The notes under the pieces were generated by a model that saw only the letters and a program-made list of their open reading frames with translations, did no database searches and was not told where the DNA came from. A stretch of DNA of 64,000 bases from the NCBI GenBank assembly GCA_965655095.1, contig OZ296648.1, forward strand, positions 48,670,001 to 48,734,000, given 5' to 3'. Within the stretch, counting starts at the first letter, position 1. Every line of letters begins with the position of its first letter. The stretch is from Haplodiscus bocki. Lineage: Eukaryota. Below are positions 13,101 through 26,538 of the stretch, one piece after another. The position numbers were made by a program, and so were the translations under genes.

Positions 13101-15800
13101 CCATTGTTCGACTTTACCACAAACTTTTCTTTTTCAACCTACTGACCTCATTTAACTTTTTCATTGGACTCTTTGGGAACCTTTTCCACACAGGTTGGAA
13201 CGGCAATGTTAAGCATTTATTCAACAGTGCTCGACGTTATATGAGAGAAAATGTTTCACTGTCAAATTTATCATGAGTTACCACGAACTCATATACACAC
13301 TTACTGGTGAATTGACTTGTTTTACATCGCAACTTCACAGCTTTTCCTTTCTCTGATAAAGTGAAAACTCTCAGAATTGGTGCTTTTAAAAAAGTAGTAT
13401 ACGCAGTGAAGTAACTTATGAGCCTTTAACTGCAGGGAGAAGTTCTTTCTTTACCAATCCGAACCACCTTAATTCATGTTATCTCAAGGAAGCACCTAAT
13501 TTTTCAAACATACCCATTTATAATCATTGTGAAATCTTTTCTTGCAACGTCATTCACCATGCAGCTATGGGAGACGGCGATATGTATGTATTTGTAGTTG
13601 TTGACATTCAAAATGATGATGTGTTCCACCTAAATAAAGATAACAATACATTGCCATCTCAACATTCTGGCTACATCAGTGCGCACGTTACAATATCCAA
13701 ATCGCTACCCAAGGAAATCAAGGTCACTAATAAATGAAACCACGAATATCAAAGTTCCATTTGTTTCATAATAGTCCCGACATATTCGCTGAAGACAATG
13801 ATGAATTTCTATGCATTGGATTAAAGAATCAGATTTGAAGACTAAATTCTACCAATCATTGCCTCCACAAAGACCTGAGCGAAATGCTGCTTTCGATAGC
13901 AACCACGGAAGGGCTACTCAAAGTTTTTATCACCACCTCATATCCCTGACAGGTAATGCTTGTTTTTTTTTCAGTCTTGTCTCTCAGTTATGCTGTCAAA
14001 AGACATTAACAGAATTTGGTTGAGTTTTAGCAGAACTTTCGGCTTGACTAACTTGTGAGAACTGAATCATTGATTTTTCGGAGTCAGTCCATTTCTCCTC
14101 AGACACACTTGAACATTTTTTTCCGATAACCGGAGTCTTTATATCTGACACTGACTTAAATCTAGACTGATCTAAAATCCACCTGAAACTACTTTAAAAC
14201 TGTTTGTTCCTGACTTATCTCAACTTGAACAACATTTCATTGAAACCTGATCCAAAACATCTCTGTCTGACAGACTCAGATCAAAATCTAACACCATCGG
14301 GTTTACCTGTTTCTGCACTTCTGCCTGCTTTTGCACAAGGACCTCCACTACCATCTAAACCTGTAGCTCCGGCTGTCACCTATCAGTTTCAAAAACTTGA
14401 TCCATCTGTCATTCTCCATCGACCACTTACTCTTCCACCTCGAACTAGTACTCAAACAGCTGCCAGTACGCCAGGTACCAACCACGGCTGTGAAATGAAA
14501 ACATCATATTAAACGTAGGAAATGGTTAGATATTCGTATTCTAATTTCGACATTTCGCAAACACCGTGTTTTTAGTTTGATCCAACAGTTGTTCTTGCAT
14601 TTTTTCAACACGTAAATTTATCACCTCATTGACAATCTGCAGCTGATGTTAGTTCTCATTTTTTTCACTGTCTTACTGTAAAGTTTTTTGCCTTTCTTTT
14701 TCAATTGATGTAACTGCATCTGAAAGGCAATTCCAAAAGACTGAGTGCCTACAGTGTTCCCCTTCATCAATGTTGTTTCGGTTCACGGAGAATTCAACTA
14801 TCTAGTTTTTTCGTACTAGATCTCTGCTAACACTGTCTCTGCCTTACTGCGTGACCACCCTTAATTTCAATCATCCATTTCTGATTCGTTGCATTGTTTC
14901 AACTACCTCATAAAATGAAACACAATATATTGTACACTAATATTCTTGCTCTTTTCGTCAGATTTGACATAGAAAAGTTAATATTCTTCTAATTGTCCTT
15001 TCCAATTTTCACTTATTATTCCATACACGTATTGAAAGATCTAGATGTTCAACACCTAAGCATTTTTGTTATCTTTTTCATCTACATCACGACATTGTCA
15101 ACCAGGGCCAAATCGTAGATAATAGATCGTACCAGTGAACAAAATTATTGAAAGTTTACATTGTTGACGTGTTACTCGACAACGAGAACTTACTAGCCTG
15201 ACCTATAAAATTTTGAACTCAAGTTCGAATTTATTGTGAAGTTAAGCGCTTTGGAAACTCATCCAAAACCAACATCAACTGAAATCAACCACCGTCGCAA
15301 TCCAAACTGTTTTGGTCTCGCAAGTGTTCACTGCTGTTCCAACGAAAATCCTCCATTTGATCATGGAGACTTAATACAATTTGCAATTACAGCTCTGATC
15401 TGAAACATCGAAGCACATTCTGAAAAAAAGACTCACTTGCGGTTGATTTCTCCTGCATAATGCCCTTCAATTTTTTCTGGTGAGTTTGCTGAATCTAATG
15501 AACTACGAATCCTTCAACTAGTCGCCTCTCAAAATGGTTGGTCGTATCAATAAAATCTGTGTCATTTCAGCCTAACAGGAGTACAGTAGCTGGGATCCCG
15601 AACTCTTTCTGGCATTGAATAAGCTCAAGAGAATGGTTGTTTTTGTTGGCAATAAGGCTGGAATGAAAAAGTATTTGTTCCCACTGTTCAAAAACAAAGA
15701 GTTTTCTATGATCGAAGTGTGTAGGTTTTTTTGACATCATCATTCGAACAGGCATTCGAATTCAACGCTCCGATGAGAGAAACTGGATCCTATCGGTTGT
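10200..15800. mobile_element. Unassigned decayed gene-dense element (putative large DNA transposon or endogenous virus)
   Basis: Contiguous broken protein-like reading frames on both strands around the tandem array. The same repeat family recurs inverted at 61.5-62.1 kb. No hallmark motif recognised. Confidence 0.4.
10845..11245 (+). repeat. Tandem array of ~125-bp units (about 3.5 copies)
   Basis: Core aacgttttgaga..tcttactatttcagtcgcattctacggcaaa recurs, with tcagtcgcattc-like blocks at 10958, 11081 and 11209 (spacing 123 and 128 bp). Confidence 0.85.
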
Positions 15801-15849
15801 AAATGTTGTTTCAGAAATCGCAAAAAAACTAAAACCTCTGAAATAAATC

Positions 15850-18800
15850 AGTACTCTTCTGATTACTCTTTCACCTATCTCGAAGAAAAAACTTTCGAGA
15901 AGGCTATTGACAAAAAAACAAGTGTTGTCATTTACAAAATTAAATGCACAATATCTTGATGTTTTAACCCAATAACCTGGTAACTATACCTCGATTACTA
16001 GCACAGCCAATATGAAGTCTAGATGCTCTGTATGACAAACAATACCTTATCGACAAACTCAGTTCGTCTTTAAAAACTGAAAATAAATCTACTGACTAGG
16101 TTGCGAGACAAGATAAGCCAACCCTCCTTGAAAGACATGTTTTTTTTTTGTTTACACTCCGATGGTTTTGTTCAACACTGTTAAACATCTTTATACCAAT
16201 GTTTGGTTACCTGAAAAAAAGTTGCGTTTTCATCTTTCTGGTCTTATCGGAGATATGTATGAACGGAAACAAAGACACTGGCTTGGGTTTTATCAACAAT
16301 ACTGCAACAAAATATCAAGTTGAAAACATGGAAAAAACAATTTCTAATTCCCCTTCTTAAATTTTACCGCTTTTGATTGAAGAAACACCAACACTTTCAA
16401 GCATCAAAGAATATCAAAAAACAAACGTTCTGTAAAAAACCAACACCTCTGTACACAACCCAAAACCCTGGCCTATTCTTTACTTACCAAGATACACTTA
16501 ACATGCATAGTCATAAATTCTACCCTCTGGTTCATTCACGGGAAGATGAGTTCAAAATAACACAACTGGCTATCACTTCTCCATCGACACACGATCCTAA
16601 TAAAATTAGTTTTTTATTCCCACCAAAAAAACAATAGTTTTGCCTGTAGAATATGGAGCCAACATTAATACAAAACATGGTGGTACTACAAACCATGTCT
16701 TCAAAACCATCTTTGGATAAGAAATGAAAACGTTGATTTATATATGTGAAATAGAAAGAATTCATGTGCTGACTGTTTCCGCAATTTCTGCCCAAAACCC
16801 ATGGTTAGATAGGGTACTGCCAACTGGAAAATGTAGTAGACTTCTCCATGGAGACGTTTCTTCTGCCTGGCTTGATGATTGTCCAGCAATCCTTTCACCA
16901 TGACATGAAATTTTTAAAAGCTTGAATAGAACCCCGATTTTTGGTCATTACACTGTAATAAATATGGATCTTATCACAAGACAATGTTTCAAATGATAAC
17001 CGACAAATTTTTGTGGTTTCAGACCCTGAGAAAGATGATCACTATGTATTAACATCAAAACCATTACTACGCGCTACTCAGAAACGTTCTAAACAGACAA
17101 ATGAAAACTGCTATTGAACCCCACAGGTAATTTGCTCAAAATGGTGGAGAATTTTCTAACGCCGAACTTAGTGACTTTCGGACCAGAGTTCTGTTTACAA
17201 AATGTTATACAACAATAAGTTTCTTTTGGGAGAAGCCATAACTTCCAACTTCTTAGCTCCTTCTGAAAATTATTCTAATCAACCGTACTTACGAAACTGA
17301 AATATGTAACACAACTCTTTGAATGTGGTGCGAGTCGGTTTGCATGATCATCTCTCAAACGTAACTCCACTGTTTACTCCAAACTGATTTTCTCATGTTT
17401 CCAATGAATTCCTTGGCTCTCATTGTTTTATACTTACATAAAAAGAAACACTTTTCCACGATTTTCTTAGTACAATCAGCTTCTACATCTGCTGTAGAGT
17501 TTTAATTCAATTCCTATTAAAAAAATAATTGATATGCAGTAAATTTTCAAGTTCTGTGCCTCATGCACTTTTAATTTGCACCTCATTCAAAGATCGTTAC
17601 TGATTTATACGACTTGGAGATTGAAAAATGAAATCAAAATTTTTATCAGGTGAAGACATTCCTATTTTTTCAAACTTCAGAAATTCGCTAACTGAAAATT
17701 AAAATTAAACTCGTGCCTGAAAATTCAGACAATTCTGAAACCCTTCATGAAACAATGATTGATACATGTCCAGATACATCTTACCAACAGAAAACTTTAG
17801 CTTCATTTCCATCATTCTTCGAACTTTTCAACTCCATCTAACTCTATCACTCTCAGGAACAGTAACCACGAATCTGAAAAATCAAAAACCAAGACTAGTT
17901 ATCTTTTGTAGGACTTTACTGCACAATAACTGAACCAAATCTCCTGTGATTTACACTCAACAGTCAACCAGGAGTACTGTCCAAAAGAGTCGTTAGTTTT
18001 ATCAATTTTACAAAAAATCTCATTTGAAAAATCTCCACAATAAAGTTCTGCATATAACCCATAACACACAATTTTTGTAGCTTGCAATAAATACAACTGA
18101 TAAGCAAAAGAAATTTTCCAAAATAATGTCAGTTTGGATTTGAAAACTGTAATCACTGATTGTTTTCTTACCCAACTGAAAAAAGATGCTGCTTAACTTC
18201 TAATTTTCACTCTGCAATTTTCACTTTTCAAATAATTGAATTGCTTTTTTCTAAATTTTGTTCTGTTGAAAATTTAGCTCCATTTTCTTTCACCCATCAA
18301 TGAAAAGCACTAAAGTTTCATTTCAAAGCATCAACGTTTGTGAAAGATCACATCCCACAGCAGGAAAATATTCGCCTTATTTTAAACCAATTGAATCTTT
18401 AATTCTGAGAAATTCTACCATGATCAAATTGAAAAAACTAGATTGTACTCTGAACATCCTCTTTCTGTTTTTTTTTGGGTAAAAAAAATCCTGCAATTTC
18501 GCAAAGAAAAGTTTGCTTGAACCAATCTCAAGGAACCTGCTCTTCAGACAAAAACTTCCATCTTCTTCAAATACCTTTTCAAAATCATCTCGATTCAATT
18601 GTCCTAGCCACATGGAAACCTGTTCGTCCCTAATCGCGTCAACCTCCTCTGTACAAAAAAATGTTCGTCTAAAGGAGTAATCAAGATCATCTTGAATTCC
18701 TAAGTACATAAAACGTTGACTAATACTGAGAAAAGGAAAATATTTAGAAATTACAATTGCATGAATGGATTTTCAATCCCCTCCTCCGACTATCACAATC

Positions 18801-21600
18801 CAAAACCCATACGCGACCGCTGAGCATATTTCAATCACTGAAAACTCTCAGGAAAACTCAAATGTTTGAGATGTTTTGTTCTATGGATAATTCTAGTCTT
18901 CTTGGAATAGAATTATTGAAAATCCGACAATAGATGGCTCACTTGCTCCAGGAGTTGAATCTACGGAACCTTTCACAAAAAAGCATCCGATCAATCCCTG
19001 CAAGCTCCAAATCGAGAGTACAAAGTTTCAGGAGACCCTGCATTTCAGCAGGAAGAATTCTGTTTTCAGCTAGTGAACTTCGTGCAAAATTATTTGTCAC
19101 TTGCGATGAACGTTTATTTTCGTTATTATCGACATAGAAAACAATTCAAAGCAAAATTAACTGATCCCAAGGAAATTCGTGTAAAATATGCTTTGAAACT
19201 CCCCGCTGCCGTCCCAATGACCGTTATGGTTCGTACGCATCACATTAAGTTGGTCTGTTCGAAATCTGGGTCTCTGATAATCAACGCCTCTTTACGCTCC
19301 ATCACAACTTTCTTATACCCACTGTTTAAGATCTTCCTTTTGATGATTCAAATATTTCCCTCCATTCTTCAGAACAACACGTCCATCTTGAAACTTATCG
19401 TCTTTTTCGGGAACACAAAAGGAAAGATCATCCTCAAGAAGACCAACTCTGCGCAAATAGAAAACTGATCTTTGTTATTTGTTTCATTGCTTTTACCATA
19501 TTCGAACAAAATGCTCAAAGGACAATTCCGAAGTTTTGTTCCAATGAAACAAGAACTTTTTGTCACTTGCTGCTTCTAGCGGTGGACCTCTTCCTACTCC
19601 TCAAGCTTTTATTCCTGAAGACAGCTCCAGAAGTAACTTTGAACCTGTTCCTAATTCTGTAAATCTTTGGATTTCTTGACTATGAAACATTCTTGACGCT
19701 CAGTTGTCTGACAAGCCTAAAAGGTTTACACCACAATCGTTCCACAACTTTTCGATGAGAACGAACTAGTTTTTACCGCGTCTCACCATCTGAAGTATTA
19801 TTCAAAAAGACAATATGAATAGGCATCAACAATTGAAACCTATGCCCATGCCACTGATTCTGGCTCAACTGAAAACATTGCAAGATCAACTACAATATAA
19901 GCTACCAATATTCGTCATCATGGTAAGAAACATGCCTCAACTTTTACAAATTGGAACCTCATTGGCTCCCATAAAAGAATGCGAAGAAGGCGCTACGCAG
20001 TCTACCAATCATGTTCCCACTGAGTACCAAGTTTCTTATAAAACAGATTCTTCCTTTCAATATGATTCTATTACACACGTAGGATCGTCTGAATTTTTGC
20101 GGCTTCGCTTCGATATTTTGAATGTGCAGTTTAGGCGTTTTGCACAAATAAAAACTATCATGGTTGATGTTATTTCTGCTTCAAAGATCGATGTTTTTTT
20201 TTTCAATTAAAAAGAAACCAAAAAACTGCATTTAGTGAACCAAAACATGGCATCATTATGATATTTTCTGCAATATCTTTTTTCAGAAAGTTGATTAATC
20301 TTCCTATTGTTGTTTGGAGACCTCGAATTCATGCAACAGTGATGTCTTCATTTTTGCTTCGATCTGGACAAAAACGAAGGCTCTTTCTTTGGGATTCAAT
20401 CGTTAATTACAAATTGTATTTTTGCTTGTGCTCCTTAAGCAAGCCTAGAAAACTGTGGCTTTGAAGAAATTCATCCATTGAGCCACTAATATTCTTTATC
20501 ATACCTCCAGATCATGTGATTTTCCGTTTTCACCTGAGAAACTTTTTATTGTGTCCTGATTCTCAATTGTCAAATCAGACGCCAATTGAAAAGGACGCTG
20601 CTGCATTGATTGACATTGCGACACATTCAGCAACGGTAAACTTAATTGACAAAACCCATACAATTATGATCCCACTGAAGAGACCGGAACTGTCTGAACA
20701 CCTCTCGTTTCCCAGAGAATTATTCTTCTGCCTGATTTACAAGCTTTCGCAGACTCATAAAAACATATCGGCAATTAACATTCACTCTTTTTTTAACCGT
20801 TCATTTCAATGTAGAAAAAATTAAAAATCAAACTTTTTAAAAACTGCAGAAACTGGAAAGCTGACGACCTGATTTTTTTAACAAAGAGTAACTGAAAAAC
20901 GTTTCTTGAACTAAATTAACTGTATGCTCAAAAATTCAAAAATTTTTTAAGTCAAGGTAAATTTTATACATCATGTCGCATAACTTTTTTGTTCAGTTAG
21001 AAACTTCCTGTCCCAGCTAGTTTGGTTTTCTAGAACATATTTTCTCTGGTTTTATGATGGTGGCTTAACACTATCTTTGCATCTCAGTCTCCCTGTGTAT
21101 CATGAGAAAAGTCTTTTTTTTTGGAATTTCTGTATTCACCTTCAGATTATCCCACTCTCTAGACCACTTCACTCCGGCTGACCTCATTGTAATGAAAATC
21201 ATGTCTAGCTCAACACTCAACACTTGTACCGTAACCCACTCTGCTTGGTGTACAATATGTAAAGAACCACATGAGTTTATGCTGCTTCCTAACGACGCCT
21301 TAATTTCTACCATACCTTTGTGACGCCAATTCTTCACTGACCCTGTGGTGACTACATTTCCACTTTCTGATGGCTGCATCCTCTATTTTTTCCACTTCAA
21401 CTTCACTTTTTCCACTTTCATTGATGATTTCGGCTCCTCTGCTTTTCAAATGATTCATCCTTTTCTCGAAAAAAATAGGCAGACATCATTTCTTAAAATC
21501 TTAGTTTGTCACACATTATTTAACTCCTAAGAATCTTGACTATTGTTTGGTTTCCTACAATTGAATCTCATTGGTGAAAAATTTGTTAAAAATTTAAAAA
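15850..21600 (+). mobile_element. Decayed env-bearing LTR retroelement region with accessory ORF remnants
   Basis: env remnant preceded by a weak integrase C-terminus-like segment and followed by co-oriented broken ORFs (19073..19468, 19815..20210, 20516..20824, 21102..21530). Confidence 0.4.
16100..17600 (+). pseudogene. env: Envelope/fusion glycoprotein remnant (chuvirus G / class III gB-like) of an LTR retroelement
   Basis: ICEIERIHVLTVSAISAQNPWL..LPTG..LLHGDVSSAWLDDCP..NRTPI..DLITRQ..AELSDFRTRVLF..VRVGLHDHLSNVTPLFTP, then a hydrophobic membrane-proximal segment. The CExER..P..G..C order matches remembered chuvirus-like G proteins. Confidence 0.6.
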
Positions 21601-22329
21601 ATACCCCCCATCTTCTTTGCCTCTCATTCATTTTAATTGAAATACTCATAAAAAGTTGTTTGATGAACCACTTCCAGAGACTATAATGAACCAATTAAAC
21701 GGAACTTGAATAAGTGTGAAAACCAAATACCATCTGAAAAATCTATGAAAATGCCGCAACTTCTTTTAGCAAGTCTTTTTTGTTCACTTTTTAGGCATAC
21801 TGGCAACTTTTTTGACTTGGGCAACGATATTTGAGCTTTTTGAAAAACTGACAATATTTTTGAAAAATGTTGAGAAACTTGTCAACAAGAAATTTCACAC
21901 GAAGGTCAAGCAACTTGCTGAATACTTGAGAAGTAATAGATTATGTTAAAACCAACCACTGAAAACTTTCCGATGTAATGATGAAAAGCTTCACTTGAAA
22001 CCACTGCTTGCTTCTTCTGAAAAGTAACTTGAAATAATCTTTCCCTAAAATCCTTTTGGATATAATTTTTTTTGAAAAACTATTTTAATTTTGTTGATGC
22101 ATCCTTCTGGCTATGCTGCTAATGATAAAATTCCTTCCTAGCCCGGTTTGCCGAAAAATGTTTCTTTTTTGAGGGTAGAAATCCAAGTGTTGAACCGGTT
22201 GCTTGGCCCTTCCTCAAGTTAGCCAAAACTAGACCATCATTGATTAAACTTAGAATCAAATGAGTAGTAGACCATTTAAACGACGTACAACTCTGTTGTA
22301 CTAGGACTTCTAGAATATTCAGACCAATT

Positions 22330-22600
22330 TACTGTTACCACCACTACTAGTTCACTAGAAAATTTTCACGACAACCGAATTTTCGTGAAAAGAAGAACGC
22401 GCTTGTTTTATTGGCAGACCTTAAAGTGCCGCTTGAAACCCTAATGCTGTTTTGCTAGGACGAAATGACTAGAGAATGAGATATTTATAGCCTGCTATTG
22501 AATTAGGATTTGTGGAAAACTGATTTGGAAGTTTGAAAACACTTAAAAAAAGTTCCTGACCGAAACGGGTGATAAGGTGGGTTGTCCGGACAATTTTTGT
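22330..22600 (-). repeat. Possible LTR with primer-binding site
   Basis: Minus strand shows TATAAATA (22482-22489), AATAAA about 75 nt downstream (22407-22412), then TGGTAACAG (~22332-22340), resembling a Met-tRNA PBS. No partner LTR found. Confidence 0.3.
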
Positions 22601-24220
22601 ATCTTGTTACCGAAAGTTTTTTGTGGGCTCCATTAAGTACAATAAACACTGCGGTGGAACCTAATAATTTCAAAGTTTCAGTGAATTTGTTTTTTTACGA
22701 AAGATACTATTTTTTGCTGTTGAAAAACTGTTTGCTTTTTCATGGTAGTAAAAAGTATCTGGTGGCGAATACTGATGCCGCAATCTGTGCCCTAAAGGTG
22801 AACTTTTGTCCAAAATGCCGATTAAGGTACATAGGCGGAAGAAAAAGGAAAATGTCCGGCACTTTCTAGGAAAGAAGCGGCTGTTACCGGATTTTCGTAG
22901 CAAACTTACGTTGTTAGCAGACTATCTTACGTTGCTTTTATTTTTGTTCAAAGAGTGTTTCCGTTATGTGTATTACGTTTTGGAGCCTGACCCAAAAACT
23001 TTACTTCTATGCAGAGGTTAAAAAAGAAATTTTGAATCTAAGAAAACTCCCAGATTCAATATTCAATGTTCTGTAAAACAACTTGAAGCTTGTTTCGTAA
23101 CGAAAAGTCATTCAGAATTTTTTTCATCAGATATTCGAAGGTAAATCCAGTTTCATTGGTGTTTCATCTTGAAAACACAGGGACATTAGTTGGATGCATC
23201 CGGGAGAATATCTTCAAAACTGAACTTCGGACTACGTTGTCATAATTTAGCGGCGATCTTTTTCTAAGATATAGGCCGGTATACCGCCACTTCTTGACGA
23301 AAAAGCGCTGTTCTTCGATTTTCTCCAAGAATTTGCTACGATACGGGCGAATCTTAGGATGGTATGGCCGGAAATATGGGGAAAATAACAGCTTTTCACA
23401 AAAAAAGTTCGATACCGGTACCGGAAAAATAGTTATAAGGGCCATTTCATACGTTCCATTTAACAAGTTTCTTACATCCCTTGGTACGCATTGGCATTGC
23501 TTACAATACTGAACTGCCGTTACGTATTTGAAAAGGAACAAAGAGGCCAATCATCAACAGATTTGGATCACTGTCATCACTTTATCAAATCTGTCACTTC
23601 ACACCGATTAAAAAAACGATAGGGCACCGCTATGAGTGGGCTTCCTTACATTCAGCGACTAGAAAAATGAACATGCTAAAGTTTTTTTTCAGGTGAATAA
23701 GGTGGTTTAGTTTGGTTGGCGGAGAGCTCGGATGAAAAAAATTGGCGCAACTCTAATCATATCAAGTTCGCAATCTCCCCCCTAATATGCATTGTGGGCG
23801 ATAATGAACTGGCGTTATAATAAGTGGCTTGAAGGTGCGCGTGCCTGTAAATTGCTTCAATTTGCTTGGTTCCACTGCTTGCTGCGCTGGTTAGGTTGGA
23901 GATTATGAACTAGTTGCATGCGGGGGATTATTGTGAACTTGATCTTTTTCATCTACAAATCAATTTAATAAAAAAAATCAAGTGGTAATGCGTCATTTTT
24001 TGCGAGCATTATGCCTTTAACTTGAGGCCTATTGATTTTCATTTTTTCTTCGCGTTTCCGCAAACCTCAAAGCTACAAGTCGCACAGCGATAAAGAAGTA
24101 AACTGGGCAGCGCGGTAAATTCTTTCATTCCACATTTATATCAACGAACGTCTTCATTTTTTTCCATTCATTTCTTTTTACTTTTGTTACTTTTTTTACT
24201 TTTAAGTGAATGATAAGCAA

Positions 24221-24998
24221 CCCAGAACTTGGAATCTTGGTTTTTGCCAAGATTTTGCATTTTCTTGAATTATCTGGCGCTTCTTGTAAAGATCTTGGAC
24301 TTCTTGCATAATTTTATACTTCTTGCCAAGATTTTGGCAATTCTTCTTTGATTTTTTGGCAAGATATGCAAAAGTCTAGGTTTTCCTGGCAAAATAAACA
24401 AGAAGTTAGTTGCACAAGGTTTGTAATTTCTGTAATAATTTGTTCATTTCACTGATTGTTTCACGTAATGAATGAAACATTTCAAACATTACAATTTTTT
24501 AACAGTACTGTAAATTAGAAAAACTTCATTGATTTCACGCAATTTCTACCTAAAAAACTTGTAGTTGGCCAAACAATGGTTGACTAACTTATCAGTATGC
24601 TAAAACAGTAATCACTGTTGGATTGGCATTATTATTATCTGCAATAATGCAGAGCTCTTGCAAATTGACTCTCAGGATTCTCAGATTCGCTGTGGTCATA
24701 ATCTGCCCGTGATATAGAAATCAAACTGGGTGTTCTATTAAGTTTCAACATGGTAGCTCACATCTTCAGCAAATCCATGGAAATAATAATTTGTCGACCT
24801 TCTTTGATTTTCTTGCAAAAATCTTGGATAATCTTGAATTTCTTGCCAACTACTCCAAGATTTTTCATGGATTTCTTTCCACGATTTTGAAAAATCTGGC
24901 ATCTATTTCTTGTCAAGAATATTTGCCAACATCTTGGCGAGAAATCGCGAAGATCCAAGAGTTTTCTTGCCAGGAAAACAAAGATTCCAAGCATTCGG
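24221..24998. mobile_element. MITE/foldback-like non-autonomous DNA transposon
   Basis: Perfect 11-bp inverted repeat cttggaatctt (24228-24238) / aagattccaag (24981-24991). Both arms (~190 bp) are packed with TCTTG(C/G)CAAGA-type palindromic subrepeats around an AT-rich core. Confidence 0.7.
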
Positions 24999-25579
24999 AA
25001 TTAATTGACTTTCGTTCAAACAGCTAATCAATACAATTATTACCTAAAAATCGTCAATTTTATTCGCATTTTATTTTCTGTTTCAACAGCCAATCCCATT
25101 ATTTTTTACTATAATAAATTTTTTATCTCGTAATACCTAGCATTCTTGACGCCTTGTTTTTGTATTTTGCAAAACCATCGCATTTAGTTGGCGATATTCG
25201 AATTATGTCGCATTTTTTGGCAAAAAGTAGGAAAGCAGTTTAAGCATGTCACTCCAGTAAGATCATTTTAGCAAAAGAGAAATTGGGCTTGAATGGAGAT
25301 TGCCATCAATCAATATTCATGGTTACGATTAATTTTTCACTGTTTCTGAAAAATCAGTCGGCTAAACTATCCACAAAAGCAGTATTGTTGTCGGCCACCG
25401 GATTTTTTATTTCTAAGTAATCATCAATTTTGATGGAATTTCTCGACAATTCCTAGAACAGTAAATTGAGTAGAGTATTTGGATAGCTATTTATTGGTAT
25501 TTATTGGATGCAGATTTTTTATGTTCTTGCGGACACTTTTCAACGCACTTAATGGAAGTGTTTTCTTTTGATTTTCCAG

Positions 25580-25654
25580 CCAACAATGCAATCATCAGAG
25601 CGTGCGAAGAAGTGGTTTCTGAAGAACAACAGGAAAGACTTCCTGACGATCGAG
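25580..25654 (+). CDS. Host gene exon 3, 75 nt (ANNAIIRACEEVVSEEQQERLPDDR)
   Basis: Acceptor ttttcttttgattttccag|CC and donor G|GTTTGT, phase 1 at both ends, joining exons 2 and 4 in frame. Confidence 0.75.
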
Positions 25655-26538
25655 GTTTGTTTCTGCTACGTCACTTTTCGGGAGAATGGAAAAATGTAAA
25701 ACTATCAACAAAAAGCTGTTAAATCAGAAATGTCTCTGGCGAATCGAATCGACAGCAAAAAATATATGAAAGATAATCTCATTGTGAAAGTAAGTCGTGA
25801 ACTGCAAAACAGAAAGTATATTATCCGTATTGGATAATCAATCCACAAGAAGCAATGTATAAACTAAGTTGACTTGGTTTTTCAACACTTGCTATAGTGA
25901 GTTTCTCGATAAAAAGAACTAAACCATTGTGTGCTCCCTCCCAAATTTAGTCTGTAGTTTTTCGACACGATGGAAATTTTAGCTGAATTCTAATTCTTAA
26001 GCTTTTACTATTCTAACTTCTTAGCGCATAATGCCTTGCATCCTTGGTTCCTATGTTTGAAAAAATTTTTTTTCAATTTTACTGGTCTTTCGGATGTTAT
26101 TGATATTCTTAGTTACAGCAACCCTGTGAATGAAACTATTTCACAATTTCTATTATATAAATGGAAGTCAGTGTTATTTTAATTTTCCGCCGAATATTTC
26201 ATATTTGGAAGGAAAATAATCTGTTCAACATTGAATTTTTTCACATCAAATTTGCCAGTTGCACGATGAAGCAAAAGTGCTCGCAAAAAATTTCATCTCA
26301 CCATTTTTTTCCAAATTTCCCATAGAATGCGTTGAGCATGGTGGTCTTTATTAAAAAATGGTTTTTGTTGCCAAAATGTAGTTTTTTAAAAAAATGATTT
26401 TGGCAGCTATTTTACACCTATTTAGACATTTTCAGTGCGGATTACGACATTCTAACATTTCTTCTGCAATTTTAAAGGCGGAAATATCCCGGAAATAGCC
26501 GGGCGTCTTATAACTTATTTCATTAGTTTTAATTTCAG

